In this document: positions 63,201-64,000 of the stretch, piece after piece
Layout of the letters: each line of letters starts with the position of its first letter
Numbering within the stretch: position 1 is the first letter of the stretch
Assembly (NCBI GenBank): GCA_000165345.1
Contig: CM000433.1
Location: forward strand, 64,001 to 128,000
DNA length: 64,000 nt
Direction: 5' to 3'
Position numbers and translations under genes: made by a program
The notes under the pieces: model-generated
What the model saw: only the letters and a program-made list of their open reading frames with translations
Database searches by the model: none
What the model was told of the DNA's origin: nothing

Positions 63201-64000
63201 TGTAGATATATCTACAGCTGGTGACACTAATACGCTTGTAATAATTTGAGAAAATAATATTGACTTAATACTATTACTATTGCTTTTCAATTCTTCCCAA
63301 GTTCCAATATTTATTGCATTGGTTAAACCTTCAATATCATATTTTTCTTCGGTTATAGCGTTATCTACTTTAACTAAAGCATTTAAAGTCCTTTTTTTGT
63401 TATTAGAATTTTCACCAGATAAATCTGGAATGTTAGATTCTAAATCAAGAATCTGCTTAATTTCCTTATTTTTATAATTAAAAACAAACATCTCATCATC
63501 TATGTTTCTCATTTCTTTTTCATAGTCCTCTTCAATATTTTGTTTTTCATCTTGAACATTAAATTCCAATTTTTTATTGCTATTCAAAGGTGAAAATTTA
63601 TTAGTCCAAGGAAATTTACTCGAATTTAGTATTAAGTCTATATTCTTCTTTTGTTCGTTACATTCATCATTATTTCCTTCCTCAACAAATAAGTTATTTG
63701 GTATTTTCAAGTTTAAAAAATTATTTATTGCAATATCTACAACATTTGAATAAGAGTTTGTTGAAAATAACCAACAAACTCCTTCTATTACACTTTGCGG
63801 TGAAATCTTATAAAATCCATCATCTACATCATATTTCATTCTTTTATACGAGTATCTCGTTGACCTACCACGTAATTCTTGTGCATGAATTGGCGGTAAA
63901 ATGTCGTTTGTTGATTCGTTCTTCTCATCCACATGGAAATCATTACTGTCATTATTGTTTTTATTATTATTATTGTAATTTTTGTTAAATTTGTTAATAG
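60201..64000 (-). CDS. Partial CDS (C-terminal 1240+ codons; N-terminus lies beyond the window end): large alpha-helical repeat (HEAT/ARM-like) protein, unknown function
   Basis: The frame stays open from the stop at 60201-60203 up to position 64000 (the ORF-track start at 63932 is an alternative GTG). Asn-rich with long helical-repeat character. No catalytic motifs recognised. Confidence 0.6.
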   Translation of the reverse strand, partial: INKFNKNYNNNNKNNNDSNDFHVDEKNESTNDILPPIHAQELRGRSTRYSYKRMKYDVDDGFYKISPQSVIEGVCWLFSTNSYSNVVDIAINNFLNLKIPNNLFVEEGNNDECNEQKKNIDLILNSSKFPWTNKFSPLNSNKKLEFNVQDEKQNIEEDYEKEMRNIDDEMFVFNYKNKEIKQILDLESNIPDLSGENSNNKKRTLNALVKVDNAITEEKYDIEGLTNAINIGTWEELKSNSNSIKSILFSQIITSVLVSPAVDISTDGLYKVSRTLLNNNQLMNVLKHGQLILTSWELLLKRISESEDKDIITSSIETYGEGVNMAWNLLVERITTAFEILFYKYRLLIRLILNKERIILNNKSDLKMEQVFIEILVKTLLSETKELLTNILLITNINDEEYTNEINEDYFVYLDNILYYNELNLHNIQCMNENSINNNEALNTSNNLRNINIVFILWIYNFVLEQRIKVLHNLFFRFYHYDSKANQEELIFEKVFQWIINENDMNNDVINEENENQIFFDYNKLFIFCFNNFTKCISDYNTKSNIFLSQLKRLIMNTPKIPTNFLRLLFNQWLFSNNYCMQLSTLNHEVAAQTDDSMLLVKREYALNIFYELLNSNYPIDNIRKVSYFVLIVAFLSYNSDSSNLNFLDNICLFLENVEPMHIESSNIDNCGESINLNRNINFFEFTKELFTVKNIQSNKKINIQLNQVNNLRNTFVENLISVLYCNINEVKNDFYNNEVTHLKTYLNEEMNNWNDAEIYGEIWIIVLSLVLVSIIVSDEISCDNNDEIITDLFNTNKFLIIAAKNIQEMIKNELMPKYKKTYDLNKHIYNHFKVGVKQDFDNEQDKDFEDEFNKSNVNERIQSMVIDQNQGSDTLMETMNLENIENNSQNIEKIYLSYVEDLFSRSCLIFKYYCLRYPCLINYLFKLYSRIVDEINKNQQINSSDNNHNNDYNILTLLNKIKDLFNNLFVEIILLFKHHYSSEKGNLDILIKEYLRILDIYSSDHIKYNYLFDFIIQILGNINFSNLELCLKVYNIFKDTQNINIIIPIIGYYDLQKIKELLPVIISKSDKSMIKECIKNIVTNPFALKDKVISSSDLLLLLISYSYPDVNYVDKKKTVDIIDCCFELTQSNPPIFDSEIIASVIGKIVQDEKSVFPRTLGRTLVLSVMYLPTVRSFISSFVISSLIRNYKVWEDTLTWRGVKHCIQKLWCDYKASIFPSLILLPQIEFQGIFNELIETNSDLRVDCMDIIKKTVSLVKYYIFH

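Overview
This 64 kb window is AT-rich (about 75-80% A+T) eukaryotic nuclear DNA with the hallmarks of a dictyostelid social amoeba (Dictyostelium-like). Genes are densely packed on both strands and mostly intron-poor. Coding sequence carries long poly-Asn/Gln/Ser/Thr tracts. Introns are short, AT-rich and of the GTAAGT...AG type. Intergenic spacers are above 85% AT and are punctuated by short GC-rich motifs. Scattered n bases and several 1-nt frame breaks indicate draft-quality sequence.

I can support about 35 protein-coding genes and no RNA genes, transposon ORFs or prokaryotic-style systems. Recognisable products include a LAMMER/CLK kinase, a PinX1-like G-patch protein, an UNC-45-like TPR+UCS myosin chaperone, a 12-TM MFS transporter, an F-box protein and a VTC4-like SPX/polyphosphate polymerase protein. 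Also present are a LYPLA-type secreted hydrolase, a NatB (Naa25)-like auxiliary subunit, a secreted Ser/Thr-rich protein, TMA7 and a CDC50/LEM3 flippase subunit. The remaining recognisable products are eIF3a, an NSD/ASH1-like PHD-SET methyltransferase, RAD51, a stand-alone CAP C-terminal (CARP) domain protein, an RNF4-like RING protein, Rpn13/ADRM1, a GDPD phosphodiesterase and Trm10.

The most interesting observations are the following:
- an unannotated metallothionein-like Cys-rich micro-gene (34% Cys) whose reading frame hinges on an A9 homopolymer;
- a 52-bp perfect palindrome upstream of TMA7;
- a family of GGCGCC-core, E2F-like palindromic sites in divergent promoters, including rad51;
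- a 20-bp inverted-repeat pair (CCGCCAYACGTG family) flanking the CAP-C gene;
- a repeated tripartite promoter module (ATACCGGTAT / ATTACRTGTAAT / TTTCCACATG);
- an MFS transporter that appears split across three ORFs;
- convergent genes whose coding sequences overlap.
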